Shown here piece by piece: positions 1-13,500 of a stretch of 64,000 bases of DNA. Both the position numbers and the translations under genes were made by a program. Origin of the DNA: Tubulanus polymorphus. Lineage: Eukaryota > Animalia > Nemertea. The stretch lies in the NCBI RefSeq assembly GCF_964204645.1, contig NC_134035.1, positions 13,912,314 to 13,976,313 on the forward strand, written 5' to 3'. Each line of letters opens with the position of its first letter. Position 1 is the stretch's first letter. The notes beneath the pieces are model-generated. The model had not been told where the DNA came from. It did no database searches and saw nothing but the letters and a program-made list of their open reading frames with translations.

Positions 1-3000
1 GAAAGCTGCTGATATATTCAGGTAATCTACTGAGCTCCCTCTCCTTCCTCTCTCCCTCTCTCATCTCTCCCCTCTCTTGAACTATTAGAAGGACGAGTTG
101 GGAAAGCTGCTGATATATTCAGGTAATCTACTGAGCTCCCTCTCCTTCCTCTCTCCCTCTCCTCTCTCATCTCTCCCCTCCCTCCTCTCATCTCTCCCCA
201 CCTCCTTCATCTCTCCCCTCCCTCCTGTCTCATCTCTCCCCCTCTTCTGAACTATTAGAATGATGATAGTCAGGTAATTTACTGAGCTCCCTCTCCTTCC
301 TCTCTCCCCTCCTTTCCCTCCCCTCTCTCCCCTCCCCTCTCCCCCTCTCTGTCTCTCCTTCCCCCTACATCTCTCCTGTCTCCTTCCTCTCTCCTTTCTC
401 TCCCTCTCCTCTGTCATACAGCCACTCACTGAACAGTGTCTATTTGTACACCAGTCTATTATAAATGAATTGAAATGAGTTTAATTTGTTGTTATTTGTT
501 TCAGTTTGGGAATCACTATATTAGAATTAGCGTCAGATCTAGATTTACCTCGAGGAGGCGAAGGATGGCATCAACTTCGCACCAATCAAATTCCAACTCA
601 GTTTCTCAAAGGTAAAAATCTGTGAAACTCTTTTTGATCTACGTTGGTATTTAAAATATACTGCGTTTTGTCAATCAGTGTTTTCTCAATAATTAATCAC
701 TACAGTTAAATTCGCTAATTTGAATTGTAGGTAAATCCAGTGATTTACTGGCTATTATCAGCAGTATGATGACAATGGATCCGAACTGTCGACCGTCAGT
801 GAATTCTATATTAGAAAATAACATCATTCAAAAGGTGAGTTTTAACTCGCTTACCACAGTTCACTTCTCTGGGGTTTTGATATAGTTAATCTGGTGCCCT
901 ACTCCCCACCCCACCCTCAGCCTGGACCCTACTCCCCCCATCCTCTGCCTGGACGCTGCTGCCCCCCCATCCTCAGCCTGGACCTTCCAACCATCCCCAC
1001 CCTTCCCCCCCATCCCACCCTTCTCCCCTCTCCTAGATACTAAACACTTCACAACTACAAACACCAAACATAAACTTTCAAAAACTGATCGGCTGCATTT
1101 CACAGACTTCATCTACAAACCACCCGAATGGTGAATGTTTCTGAAGAGAGAGGGCGCTACCGGGCTGTGTAGATGATTACTGGATCTGTTGTGTAATTGT
1201 AGGTTTTAAGAAGGCGACGTTGTCAGATAATCTTCAATAAAACGGTCAGTATTTAACACCATTACTCCTCTCTATTTGTCTCTCTCTCTCTCTGTCTCTC
1301 TCTCCATCTCTTCTTCTGTCTCTCTCTTGATCCAGTAAATATCGGAGGTAATTGAATTATTTTGCAGATGCGTAAAATGGTAGAAATGTTTCGTTATTTT
1401 CTGACTGTTGTCACTAGTTTATGGTTATTAGTGACATATCCTCTGCACTATCTGATACCTGATAAACTATGTACTCCAGAAACTATCGATACAACTCATC
1501 CTCCGGAATGGGATCACAGTTTCTCCGACGGTAACAAACATACACCGTTAACAACATGATGACTTCACGTTTGTTATGACTTCACTAACAATGACTGTTT
1601 CTATTTTGTAGAAGATATTTGTGGAGTTGATGATTCAATAAATATATCTAATAACTCACTGGGAGTTCCTCTTGATAGTTCAACGTCTAGTGAACCAGAT
1701 TTACTGCAACAACAAAATCTTTTTCTAGTTCCCAGGTAACAAAAACTGTACCTCCTCTCACCCTCTACACCTCTCTCTCCTCTAAACCTCCCTCTCTACA
1801 CCTCCCTCTCCTCTAAACCTCCTTCTCTACACCTCCCTCTCCTCTACACCTCCCTCTCCTCTACACCTCCCTCTCTACACCTCCCTCTCTACACCTCCCT
1901 CTCCTCAACACCTCCCTCTCTACACCTCCCTCTCCTCTAAACCTCCCTCTCCTCTACACCTCCCTCTCTTCACCTCCCTCTCCTCTACACCTCCCTCTCT
2001 AAACCTCCCTCTCTACACCTCCCTCTCCTCTACACCTCCCTCTCTAAACCTCCCTCTCCTCTACACCTCCCTCTCTACACCTCCCTCTCTACACCTCCCT
2101 CTCCTCTACACCTCCCTCTCTAAACCTCCCTCTCCTCTACACCTCCCTCTCTACACCTCCCTCTCCTCTACACCTCCCTCTCCTCTACACCTCCCTCTCT
2201 AAACCTCCCTCTCCTCTACACCTCCCTCTCTACACCTCCCTCTCTACACCTCCCTCTCCTCTACACCTCCCTCTCTAAACCTCCCTCTCCTCTACACCTC
2301 CCTCTCTACACCTCCCTCTCTACACCTCCCTCTCCTCTACACCTCCCTCTCTTCACCTCCCTCTCTACACCTCCCTCTCTACACCTCACCCTCTACACCT
2401 CCCTCTCCTCTAAACCTCCCTCTCCTCTACACCTCCCTCTCTTCACCTCCCTCTCCTCTACACCTCCCTCTCTTCACCTCCCTCTCCTCTACACCTCCCT
2501 CTCCTCTTCACCTCCCTCTCTACACCTCCCTCTCTACACCTCCCTCTCCTCTACACCTCCCTCTCTAAACCTCCCTCTCCTCTAAACCTCCCTCTCCTCT
2601 AAACCTCCCTCTCCTCTACACCTCCCTCTCTACACCTCCCTCTCCTCTACACCTCCCTCTCTACACCTCCCTCTCCTCTACACCTCCCTCTCTAAACCTC
2701 CCTCTCCTCTACACCTCCCTCTCTACACCTCCCTCTCTCTCTACACCTCCCTCTCCTCTACACCTCCCTCTCTACACCTCCCTCTCCTCTACACCTCCCT
2801 CTCCTCTACACCTCCCTCTCTACACCTCCCTCTCCTCTACACCTCCCTCTCTACACCTCCCTCTCTACACCTCCCTCTCTACACCTCCCTCTCCTCTACA
2901 CCTCCCTCTCCTCTACACCTCCCTCTCCTCTACACCTCCCTCTCTACACCTCCCTCTCCTCTACACCTCCCTCTCTACACCTCCCTCTCTACACCTCCCT

Positions 3001-4416
3001 CTCTTCACCTCCCTCTCCTCTACACCTCCCTCTCCTCTTCACCTCCCTCTCTAAACCTCCCTCTCCTCTACACCTCCCTCTCTACACCTCCCTCTCCTCT
3101 ACACCTCCCTCTCTAAACCTCCCTCTCCTCTAAACCTCCCTCTCCTCTACACCTCCCTCTCTACACCTCCCTCTCCTCTACACCTCCCTCTCTACACCTC
3201 CCTCTCCTCTACACCTCCCTCTCTAAACCTCCCTCTCCTCTACACCTCCCTCTCCTCTACACCTCCCTCTCTACACCTCCCTCTCCTCTACACCTCCCTC
3301 TCTACACCTCCCTCTCCTCTACACCTCCCTCTCTACACCTCCCTCTCTCTCTACACCTCCCTCTCTACACCTCCCTCTCCTCTACACCTCCCTCTCTACA
3401 CCTCCCTCTCCTCTACACCTCCCTCTCCTCTACACCTCCCTCTCTACACCTCCCTCTCCTCTACACCTCCCTCTCCTCTAAACCTCCTCTACACCTCTCT
3501 CTCCTCTACACCTCCCTCTCCTCTACACCTCCCTCTCTACACCTCCCTCTCTCCTTATTTTCCTCTCTATCAGTACCCTCTCCAACAAAAGTTGTGTAAT
3601 CACTTACCGGTAACTCTCTCCATCTCCTCACTCCTCTCTCTTTTTCCCTCCTCTCCTCACTCCCTTTCTCCTCTCTCCTCTGTTCTCTCTCCTCTCTCCC
3701 CTCTCTCTCTCCCTCTTCTCTCTCCTCCCTCTCTCTCCTCTCTCCCTCTCCCTCTCTCCTCACTCCATCTCTCCTTACTCCCTCCCTCTGTCTCCCTTTC
3801 TCTCCATCTCTCCTCACTCCCTCTCCCTCTCTCCTCTTTCCCTTTCTCATCTCTCTTATTTTTATTTCAGTATTCCCCCTGTTAGATGTTACACTACTCC
3901 TGGTTTATTATGTTTCAGTATTCCACCTGTTAGATGTTACACTACTCCCGGTTTATTGCGACACAAACCAAAATTATTTACCCCAAAAAATTCTTCTCCA
4001 ATCCGGTGAGTAAAATATCACTCTCTCACTACGCCGTACAACAATATATCTCCGGTTGCTAAGTGATTTCGATTTATTCTTCCTCAGTTCGGTTGATTTA
4101 AGCGATTCATCGTGGAACGCTAGTTACGACTCTCCTAACAATAGTTTCCACGACGACGAAGAATACGACTTCAAAATGAAAACGAACATCGGACCAAAAA
4201 ATCTGATCAAGGTAAAGATGGCCGACTCTCTGAATCTCCCTATGACATCATCAGATTACATCATCCTATTTGTTTTATATCGGAGCCTATCTGATGATGT
4301 CATAGGGGTATTTATCGTAGTGTAGAGCGTTATATTGTTGTGATTGTTGCTAAGGGTAACTATGTATTGTTTATATTCGATAGGTTTTTGAAGAAGCGTC
4401 GACTGAAGAGGATTAA
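1..4416 (+). CDS. PKMYT1: Membrane-associated tyrosine/threonine CDK1-inhibitory kinase Myt1, 3' part (5' end outside window)
   Basis: Spliced exons: <1-21 (or duplicate ending at 122), 505-611, 731-834, 1203-1244, 1368-1530, 1612-1735, 3574-3609, 3871/3919-4005, 4088-4211, 4384-4416 (TAA). Translation [40 protein letters not shown] matches Myt1 subdomains IX-X. A hydrophobic anchor (YFLTVVTSLWLLVTYPL) and C-terminal GPKNLIKVFEE, similar to the human PRNLLSLFED cyclin-binding motif, follow. Confidence 0.88.
1750..3550. repeat. Pyrimidine-rich 14-17 bp minisatellite (ACACCTCCCTCTCCTCT) in PKMYT1 intron
   Basis: About 1.8 kb of directly visible imperfect repeats with essentially no G on the + strand. 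Confidence 0.95.
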
Positions 4417-4693
4417 AGAGGAAAGGGAGGAGGAATCTCTGTATTCATACATAATATATCTAGTCACCCCCTCTACCTACTCTCCCCCTTGTCTTAGATA
4501 ATCCCCTCGTACTAGTTCTAGCTGTAGTTCATAGATGGAGCTAGCGTTATATGCTGTTGTATTCATTCCATTACATTTTGTATATTTTGTATAAAATAAA
4601 AATTGAATAGAAATGAATTGACGTCTGATCTCTTTATCTGGAGGAATAATGTTCGGAGACAATCTGCAAGTTCTTCCAGGACCGGACACTGAC

Positions 4694-5341
4694 CAGTCTG
4701 AGGAATATGATATTGACCTTGAGAGCAGTCTGAGGAATATGATACTGACCTTGGGAGCAGTCTGAGGAATATGACACTGACCTTGAGAGCAGTCTGAGGA
4801 ATATGATCCTGACCTTGGGAGCAGTCTGAGGAATATGATCCTGACCTTGAGAGCAGTCTGAGGAATATGATCCTGACCTTGGGAGCAGTCTGAGGAATAT
4901 GATACTGACCTTGGGAGCAGTCTGAGGAATATGATCCTGACCTTGAGAGCAGTCTGAGGAATATGATCCTGACCTTGGGAGCAGTGTGAGGAATATGATA
5001 CTGACCTTGGGAGCAGTCTGAGGAATATGATACTGACCTTGAGAGCAGTCTGAGGAATATGATCCTGACGTTGAGAGCAGTCTGAAGAATATGATCCTGA
5101 CCTTGGGAGCAGTGTGAGGAATATGATACTGACCTTGGGAGCAGTCTGAGGAATATGATACTGACCTTGAGAGCAGTCTGAGGAATATGATCCTGACGTT
5201 GAGAGCAGTCTGAAGAATATGACCCTGACCTTGGGAGCAGTCTGAGGAATATCATACTGACCTTGGGAGCAGTCTGAGGAATATGATACTGACCTTGGGA
5301 GCAGTCTGAGGAATATGATACTGGGCTCAGGAGCAGTCTGA
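4694..5341. repeat. 32-bp minisatellite (GAGCAGTCTGAGGAATATGATACTGACCTTGG), ~20 copies
   Basis: Period 32 seen directly (TCTGAGG at 4697 and 4729). Confidence 0.95.
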
Positions 5342-6022
5342 GGGCGAGACGCCCGGCTGGATTCAGAGTTGTGGGGCGAGACGCCCGGCTGGATTCAGAG
5401 TTGTGGGGCGAGGCGCCTGGCTGGATTCAGAGTTGTGGGGCGAGACGCCCGGCTGGATTCAGAGTTGTGGGGCGAGACGCCCGGCTGGATTCAGAGTTGT
5501 GGGGCGAGGCGCCTGGCTGGATTCAGAGTTGTGGGGCGAGACGCCCGGCTGGATTCAGAGTTGTGGGGCGAGACACCCGGCTGGATTCAGAGTTGTGGGG
5601 CGAGGCGACCGGCTGGATTCAGAGTTGTGGGGCGAGGCGCCCGGCTGAATTCAGAGTTGTGGGGCGAGGCGACCGGCTGGATTCAGAGTTGTGGAGACGC
5701 CCGGCTGGATTCAGAGTTGTAGGGCGAGGCGCCCGGCTGGAATCAGAGTTGTGGGGCGAGGTGCCCGGCAGGATTCAGAGTTGTGGGGTGAGGCGCCCAG
5801 CTGGATTCAGAGTTGTAGGGCGAGGCGACCGGCTAGATTCAGAGTTGTGGGGCGAGGTGCCCGGCTGGATTCAGAGTTGTGGGGCGAGGTGCCCGGCTGA
5901 ATTCAGAGTTGTGGGGCGAGGCGACCGGCTGGATTCAGAGTTGTAGGGCGAGGCGCCTGGCTGGATTCAGAGTTGTGGAGACGCCCGGCTGGATTCAGAG
6001 TTGTGGGGCGAGGCGCCCGGCT
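5342..6022. repeat. 32-33 bp GC-rich minisatellite (GGGCGAGACGCCCGGCTGGATTCAGAGTTGTG), ~21 copies
   Basis: Period 32 (GGGCGAG at 5342 and 5374). It abuts the preceding array directly. Confidence 0.95.
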
Positions 6023-6283
6023 GTTCTTTTCCATCAAATTCAAAATCAAAGAAGCCAAAATTCTTAACACAGAAATCTAAATTTATATAAATTTATTGCA
6101 ACAAATATTTATTCATTCTTTGATTCATTATGCCAATACAAAATACTGTTATAATACATTGATAAACAATTAATTAGTTCAATTAGTTTTAGTTAATTAG
6201 ATAATCTAAGTACAGAATGCTTTAACTCACAATGGAAAGCTGTTTGCGCTGTGGTTTGAACGGAATAAATACAATATACATAT

Positions 6284-6852
6284 AGTGTATACAGTGTATA
6301 CAGTGTACACAGTGTATACAGTGTACACAGTGTACACAACTATACATACAGTGTACACAGTGTACACAACTATACATACAGTGTATACAGTGTACACAGT
6401 GTATACAGTGTACACAGTGTACACAGTGTATACAGTGTACACAACTACACATACAGTGTATACAGTGTACACAGTGTATACAGTGTACACAGTGTACACA
6501 GTGTACACAACTACACATACAGTGTATACAGTGTACACAACTACACATACAGTGTATACAGTGTACACAGTGTATACAGTGTACACAGTGTACACAGTGT
6601 ACACAACTACACATACAGTGTATACAGTGTACACAGTGTACACAGTGTATACAGTGTACACAGTGTACACAACTACACATACAGTGTATACAGTGTACAC
6701 AGTGTATACAGTGTACACAGTGTATACAGTGTACACAGTGTATACAGTGTACACAACTACACATACAGTGTACACAGTGTATACAGTGTACATAACTACA
6801 CATACAGTGTACACTGTGTACACAGTGTATACAGTGTACATAACTACACATT
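6284..6852. repeat. 9-bp CAGTGTA(C/T)A repeat with interspersed CAACTACACATA
   Basis: Visible repeat that explains the YTV/VHC ORFs on both strands. Confidence 0.95.
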
Positions 6853-6962
6853 CTACATTCATAAATGCATGAAGTTAAAATCACTAAAGGGTTAATGTCA
6901 TAATTAATTAATATATTCATACACGGCGTAGATTTTAATAAACACTAAAAATATACATTCCC

Positions 6963-7110
6963 AGAGTGGTCAAAACAACCCCTCCTCCTAGAGTGGTCAA
7001 AACGACTCCCCCTCCTAGAGTGGTCAAAACAACCCCTCCTCCTAGAGTGGTCAAAACGACTCCCCCTCCTAGAATGGTCAAAACAACCCCTCCTCCTAGA
7101 GTGGTCAAAC
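6963..7110. repeat. 27-bp minisatellite (AGAGTGGTCAAAACAACCCCTCCTCCT), ~5 copies
   Basis: Period 27 seen directly. Confidence 0.9.
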
Positions 7111-7309
7111 TTCTCCCCATGCCGGAGTGGTATAACTGTTATTATCTCCCCTTCCCAGTGATACAATGAGTGGTTTCATGCTATAAAAACAGTTCATATC
7201 GTCTAAAACTCTTAGCTTCAAAAATGGACACAATTAAGGAAAATTATTTATCAATTTTGGCGAAAGTTTAAAAGTAAAAACGTCCCGCGCAGGAGACTGA
7301 GAGTGAATT

Positions 7310-9582
7310 CTAAATGTGTTGAGTTTCAGTGTTATAACGGCTGTGATTGTTAGTGATCGATATCGGACACAATCTCCACGCGTTTAACATTATCACGCAC
7401 ACCTGCGAACACTTCTTAAACACTTCAATAATCGGTATACAAACCGTTCCCATAGCGACCATAACGTTATAACAAACCATCAAACATGGCTGAAGACAAC
7501 CGTTAAAACAAACCGTTAAAATCGGCTTCAACAGATAATCGGCGAGAGAATTCAATATTCCGTAAATTAACGGATAAACGATACTTCGAAGGATGAATTT
7601 GATGAATTCGACGATGAAAACGATGATGACGGAGACGATCAGATGAAAAACGGCGAAACATTCGCGAAATCCTCGTTTCACGTGTGGAATCAACCTATAA
7701 TAAAACAACAGCAGCAGCAGCGTTAGAGCACTGATTATCACTGATTATCACTGCACAGATTATCACTGCACAGATTATCACTGCACAGATTATCACTGCA
7801 CAGATTATCACTGCACAGATTATCAGAAATAGAACTGGATTATGTATGATATTTGTAATACTTACTTCTGACTGATTTTTTCCATTTTGATATTTGAATG
7901 ATCTTCAATCGCGTATAAATATTCTTTCTTCTCTTCAGCGAAATAATAAACATAACTTTCATTTCTGTAACAGACATGGTCGTTATTAGTTACAACATTG
8001 AACAGGTTTGGGTACGGGCCAGCAGCCCGCGGGCACGGAGGAATCTGATTGGATACTTACTGATGTCGTTGTAATTGATGATGTAATTGATGTCTCGGTG
8101 ATTCGGGCCACGGACTCTCGTAGTGAGGTTGTACGTCAGTAACCGTAGCGACGTGAGGAGCGGCCGGAGGGCTCGTTGCCGTGGAGCTGAATGAAACTGC
8201 TGCTGCGTCGTCCTGTGAGGCTGAATTACTCTATAATTACAGCATAGAGATACTAACATTAGTTACAGAACCACCACAGCGCCCCCTAACCATCCCTCTA
8301 GGATAGCTGTGACCTTAACTACTCACCTTTTTCGGTGTTTTTTGTTTTGATTTAAATTTATCACGCCAGTTCGATGATGACTTCTCTTCTGCAAAACATA
8401 AATAAACCATAAAACAAGTTCGACAGTTCCACAATATCCACAGTTTCCACACATGAAGTTTTATTCACAGAAATTCAATTCACCTTTTTTCTCGGTGTTT
8501 TTGATTTGATTTGCTCTGTGCATGTTATCGCGCAGCTGAGCGAGTGTTTGTTCCTCGGCCTCCGAGTCGTCCCACGATCCTAAACCTACAACGCAACAAT
8601 ACAACCATTATACACCGTTACCATAGTTACCACCACCACCACCGATATAGTGACGGAATAGTTACCTGGGTCGTAAGTGGTACCTTTGCGATGTTTGCCC
8701 GGGGGATCTGTATATACGGGTTGAGGAGTGTTACGAGCCTCTAAAATTAGACAATACTCATCATTTCTATGGTAATAGTTGCTAGGCGCTATAGAAACGG
8801 TTGTTTACGTACCGGTTATTGCCGAACTGAAATCGTACGGAGGAGGATGCCCTGGCGAGTGAGTAGGAGATGAAACTCGAGGTCGCGGAGTCGGACGTTC
8901 TTCGTCGCTATAACGCTGCCCCCTGGTGTCGTTAAACGTAACCGCGTTCATCGATCGTGGAACTGATTTCACGGTCGAAGGACTGCTCCGACTGCTGCTA
9001 CCTCTACTGCCCCCTAGTGGCTCGTCGTTGAATCGCGTTCGCGATCCATTCAGTAGTTTTTCAGAGTGATTTTTCGACGGGGCTGAAAATATAAAAACAT
9101 TTGCGTCACAATCAACAGTTGTCCACCCATCCCTCTCGGCACTCCCCCTCCCCTCCCTCTCTCCCTCTCCCCTCCCTCTCTCCCCTCCCCTCCCTCTCCC
9201 CTCCCTCTTGGCACTCCCCCTCCCCTCCCTCTCTCCTCCCTCTCGACACTCCCCCTCCCCTCCCCCTCCCCTCCCTCTCCCCCTCCCCTCCCTCTCCCCC
9301 TCCCCTCCCTCTCTCCCTCTCCCTCTCTCCTCTCTGCTATCAGTATCAGCACTCCCTTCTCCCTTCCCTCTCCCCTTCCTCCATTCTCTTACCACCATTA
9401 ATGTTGTTCGTTGTATTTGATGATGATTTTTTCTGTTTTGTCGTTGATGTGAATTCATCGTCTGAATCGAACTCTATTTTCGGCGCTGTATCGCCCTTAG
9501 TAACGCGTGTACTGTCACCGGTGGCGACGCGAGGAGTTATAGCTTCAGCAGTCGTCTCGTCCCAATCTGATTCACTCTCCAT
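7310..9582 (-). CDS. Uncharacterised protein: acidic/disordered N-terminus plus long hydrophobic Cys/Pro-containing C-terminal membrane domain
   Basis: Eight phase-compatible GT-AG exons: 9393-9582 (ATG, MESESDWDE), 8813-9082, 8666-8740, 8484-8585, 8327-8388, 8061-8230, 7866-7964, 7310-7694 (LIPHVKRGFRECFAVFHLIVSVIIVFIVEF...TETQHI stop). The frame stays open across all junctions. Confidence 0.8.
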
Positions 9583-10017
9583 CTCTCAACCAAACCTCAC
9601 TAAGCGCCAGTCGTCTGATTACTGATTTATCTTGTCAAATTACTGGAAAATTCTAATAAAAATAAAGTGAAAATGATGTTTTGATTGAAGAAGAAAGAAT
9701 GAAAATGAAATGGCGATCTTTTTATTTTGGAAAAAAACAGTATAAAAACAAATTCTGGCATCGTTTCATTCACCTATTTATGAATATCGTGTAGTTCTGT
9801 GCGTTTAGGTATTTATTAAAATACAGACTGCCGATATTCTGGAATAAATTGTATTTGAATTTACAAGATGGCGGAACAATTCAAATCAAACATTTATTGA
9901 TTGATATGAAAATTGATGATAAATCAACTTAGGGCAATTCCTAAATTTAAACTTAATCTCAATACACTTTTGCAAATATTATAAAATACAATTTTCTAAA
10001 TATATTCCCACGAGCTT

Positions 10018-10257
10018 GGTGGCAGCACCATACGGTCCCCTAGTGGAATTTCTGTGAACTAATGTAATACTACGGACTAGATTATTGACTATTTTCAAAA
10101 GTAAGATAGGATCTTTGCCACTCCCGAAATTAATATTAACGCTTTCAGGCAGGGTCCTCAAAAATAAGCATTTATATTTCAACTACCCGGCGTGCCAGCC
10201 GGCAGTATTACATTAGTTCACAGAAATTCCGCTAGGGAACCGTACGGTGCTGCCACC
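10018..10257. mobile_element. ~240-250 bp fold-back/MITE-like element with ~54-bp inverted arms (one per array unit; e.g. also 16703-16954)
   Basis: GGTGGCAGCACC(A/G)TACGGTCCCCTAG(T/C)GGAATTTCTGTGAACTAATGTAATACT ... AGTATTACATTAGTTCACAGAAAT(T/C)CCGCTAGGG(A/G)ACCGTACGGTGCTGCCACC. A related fragment lies at ~48057-48112. No clear TSD. Confidence 0.6.
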
Positions 10258-10538
10258 TAATTTGCGAAGATACGGTTCGATGATTGGTTCAATAATCCAT
10301 CGCGTCATAGCCCGCGAATTTTAAGACTTGGTTAAAAAGATTTGTGTTATAGTCCTTAGATATGTCATTGCACAAAATCCTCAGAAGTCAAATAAACTTT
10401 ACTCCTTTACAAACTTGTGTAAAACTAGAACCAGATTCCAGCAAAAATGAGATGATGCGAAACAGTAATTTTATATAAAGAATCATTTATTTACATTTAT
10501 TTAATACTGTACAAAATTATAACAAGTCACAAATCAAT

Positions 10539-13500
10539 TCACATAGATTTCATTCCATATAAACACCATTTATAAACTTCACGTAATTCTTTCTGACTTA
10601 AATCTGAAATGAGAACCAGTTACAACAATGAGAACCAGTTACAACAATTCAGTGAACACTTATAAAGTTAATTATAATTGAACAAGAAATTCAAAATTAT
10701 GAAGAAAATAATAAGCAAGTTGACATTTACGACACAAATCTATGAACCATTTGCAAAATGGCTGAGAATTGAATCATGTCAAATTCAATAAGTTAATCAA
10801 GTGCTATCTACAAAGGGATCATTCATTTATTACGTACGCATAAAATGTGTATTTTTCAACCCCCCTCCCCCACTGTACTGTAGGCAAAATCGGCCATTTT
10901 TTCGTTCCATTTTTATACGCATTACAGTACACAATTGCACTGACCCCCTCCCCCTCCCCTAATGTGTACGTAATGGATGAATGACCCGTAATTGAATTAT
11001 TGTGAAACACTTATCAATGGAATCAAAGGCGAGGAATGAAAATGAAATGGCGATCTTTTTATTTTGGTAAAAAACTTTATAAAAACAAATTCTGGCATCG
11101 TTTCATTCACCTGTTTATGAATATCGTGTAGTTCTGTGCGTTTAGGTATTTATTAGGTATATACAGACTGCTGATATTCTGGAATAAATTGTATTTACAA
11201 GAAGGCGGCACAATTCAAATCAAACATTTATTGATTGATATGAAAGAAAATTGATGGTAAATCAACCTAGTGCAATTCCTAAATTAAAACTTTATCTCAA
11301 TACACTTTTGCAAATATTAGAAAATTATTTTAAATTATATTCCACGAGCTTGGTGGCAGCACCGTACGGTCCCCTAGCGGAATTTCTGTGAACTAATGTA
11401 ATACTACGGACTAGATTATTGACTATTTTCAAAAGTAAGATAGGATCTTTGCCACTCCCGAAATTAATATTAACGCTTTCCAGCTATAACAGAGGCAGAG
11501 TCCTCAAAAATAAGCATTTATATTTCAACTACCCGGCGTGTCAGCCCGCAGTATTACATTAGTTCACAGAAATCCCGCTAGGGGACCGTACGGTGCTGCC
11601 ACCTAATTTGCGAAGATACGGTTCGATGATTGGTTCATTAATCCACGCGTCTTAGCCCGCGAATTTTAAGACTTGGTTAAAAGATTTAGTAGTGTTATAG
11701 TCCTTAGATATGTCATTGCACAAAATCCTCAGAAGTCAAATAAACTTTACTCCTTTACAAACCTGTCTAAAACTAGAATCAGATTCCAGCAAAAATGAGA
11801 TGATGCGAAACAGTGATTTTATATAAAGAATCATTTATTTACATTTATTTAATACTGTACAAAATTATAACACGTCACAAATCAATTCACATAGATTTCA
11901 TTCCATATAAACACCATTTATAAACTTCACGTAATTCTTTCTGACTTAGATCTGAAATGAGAACCAGTTACAACAATGAGAACCAGTTACAAGAATTCAG
12001 TGAACACTTATAATTAATTATAATTGAACAAGAAATTCAAAATTATGAAGAAAATAATAAGCAAGTTGACATTTACGACACAAATCTATGAACCATTTGC
12101 AAAATGGCTGAGAATTGAATCATGTCAAATTAAATAAGTTCAAATTCAATAAGTTAATCAAGTGCTATCTACAAGGGATCATTCATTTATTACGTACGCA
12201 TAAAATTTGTATTTTTCAACCCCCCTCCCCCCTGTACACAAAATCAGCCATTTTTTCGTTCCATTTTTATACGCATTACAGTACACAATTGCACTGACCC
12301 CCTCCCCTCCCCTAATGTGTACGTAATGAATGAATGACCCGTAATTGAATTATTGTGAAACACTTATCAATGGAATCAAAGGCGAGGAATGAAAATGAAA
12401 TGGCGATCTTTTTATTTTGGTAAAAAAATTTTTTAAAAACAAATTCTGGCATCGTTTCATTCACCTGTTTATGAATATCGTGTAGTTCTGTGCGTTTAGG
12501 TGTTTATTAAATACAGACTGCTGATATTCTGGAATAAATTGTATTTGCATTTACAAGAAGGCGGCACAATTCAAATCAAACATTTATTGATTGATATGAA
12601 AGACAATTGATGGTAAATCAACCTTGTGCAATTCCTAAATTAAAACTTTATCTCAATACACTTTTGCAAATATTAGAAAATTATTTTAAATTATATTCCA
12701 CGAGCTTGGTGGCAGCACCGTACGGTCCCCTAGCGGAATTTCTGTGAACTAATGTAATACTACGGACTAGATTATTGACTATTTTCAAAAGTAAGATAGG
12801 ATCTTTGCCACTCCCGAAATTAATATTAACGCTTTCCAGCTATAACAGAGGCAGGGTCTTCAAAAATAAGCATTTATATTTCAACTACCCGGCGTGTCAG
12901 CCCGCAGTATTACATTAGTTCACAGAAATCCCGCTAGGGGACCGTACGGTGCTGCCACCTAATTTGCGAAGATTCGGTTCGATGATTGGTTCATTAATCC
13001 ACGCGTCATTGCCCGCGAATTTTAAGACTTGGTTAAAATATTTAGTAGTGTATAGTCCTTAGATACGTCATTGCACAAAATCCTCAGAAGTCAAATAAAC
13101 TTTACTCCTTTACAAACTTGTGTAAAACTAGAACCAGATTCCAGCAAAAATGAGATGATGCGAAACAGTGATTTTATATAAAGAATCATTTATTTACATT
13201 TATTTAATACTGTACAAAATTATAACACGTCACAAATCAATTCACATAGATTTCATTCCATATAAACACCATTTATAAACTTCACGTAATTCTTTCTGAC
13301 TTAGATCTGAAATGAGAACCAGTTACAACAATTCAGTGAACACTTATAAAGTTAATTATAATTGAACAAGAAATTCAAAATTATGAAGAAAATAATAAGC
13401 AAGTTGACATTTACGACACAAATCTATGAACCATTTGCAAAATGGCTGAGAATTGAATCATGTCAAATTCAATAAGTTAATCAAGTGCTATCTACAAGGG

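Noticed and set aside
4563-7169. Long ORFs on both strands (IFLRLL, WGETPG, YTV, VKTTPPPR)
   Set aside because: These are translations of minisatellites, with overlapping ORFs in several frames and no domain or splice support.
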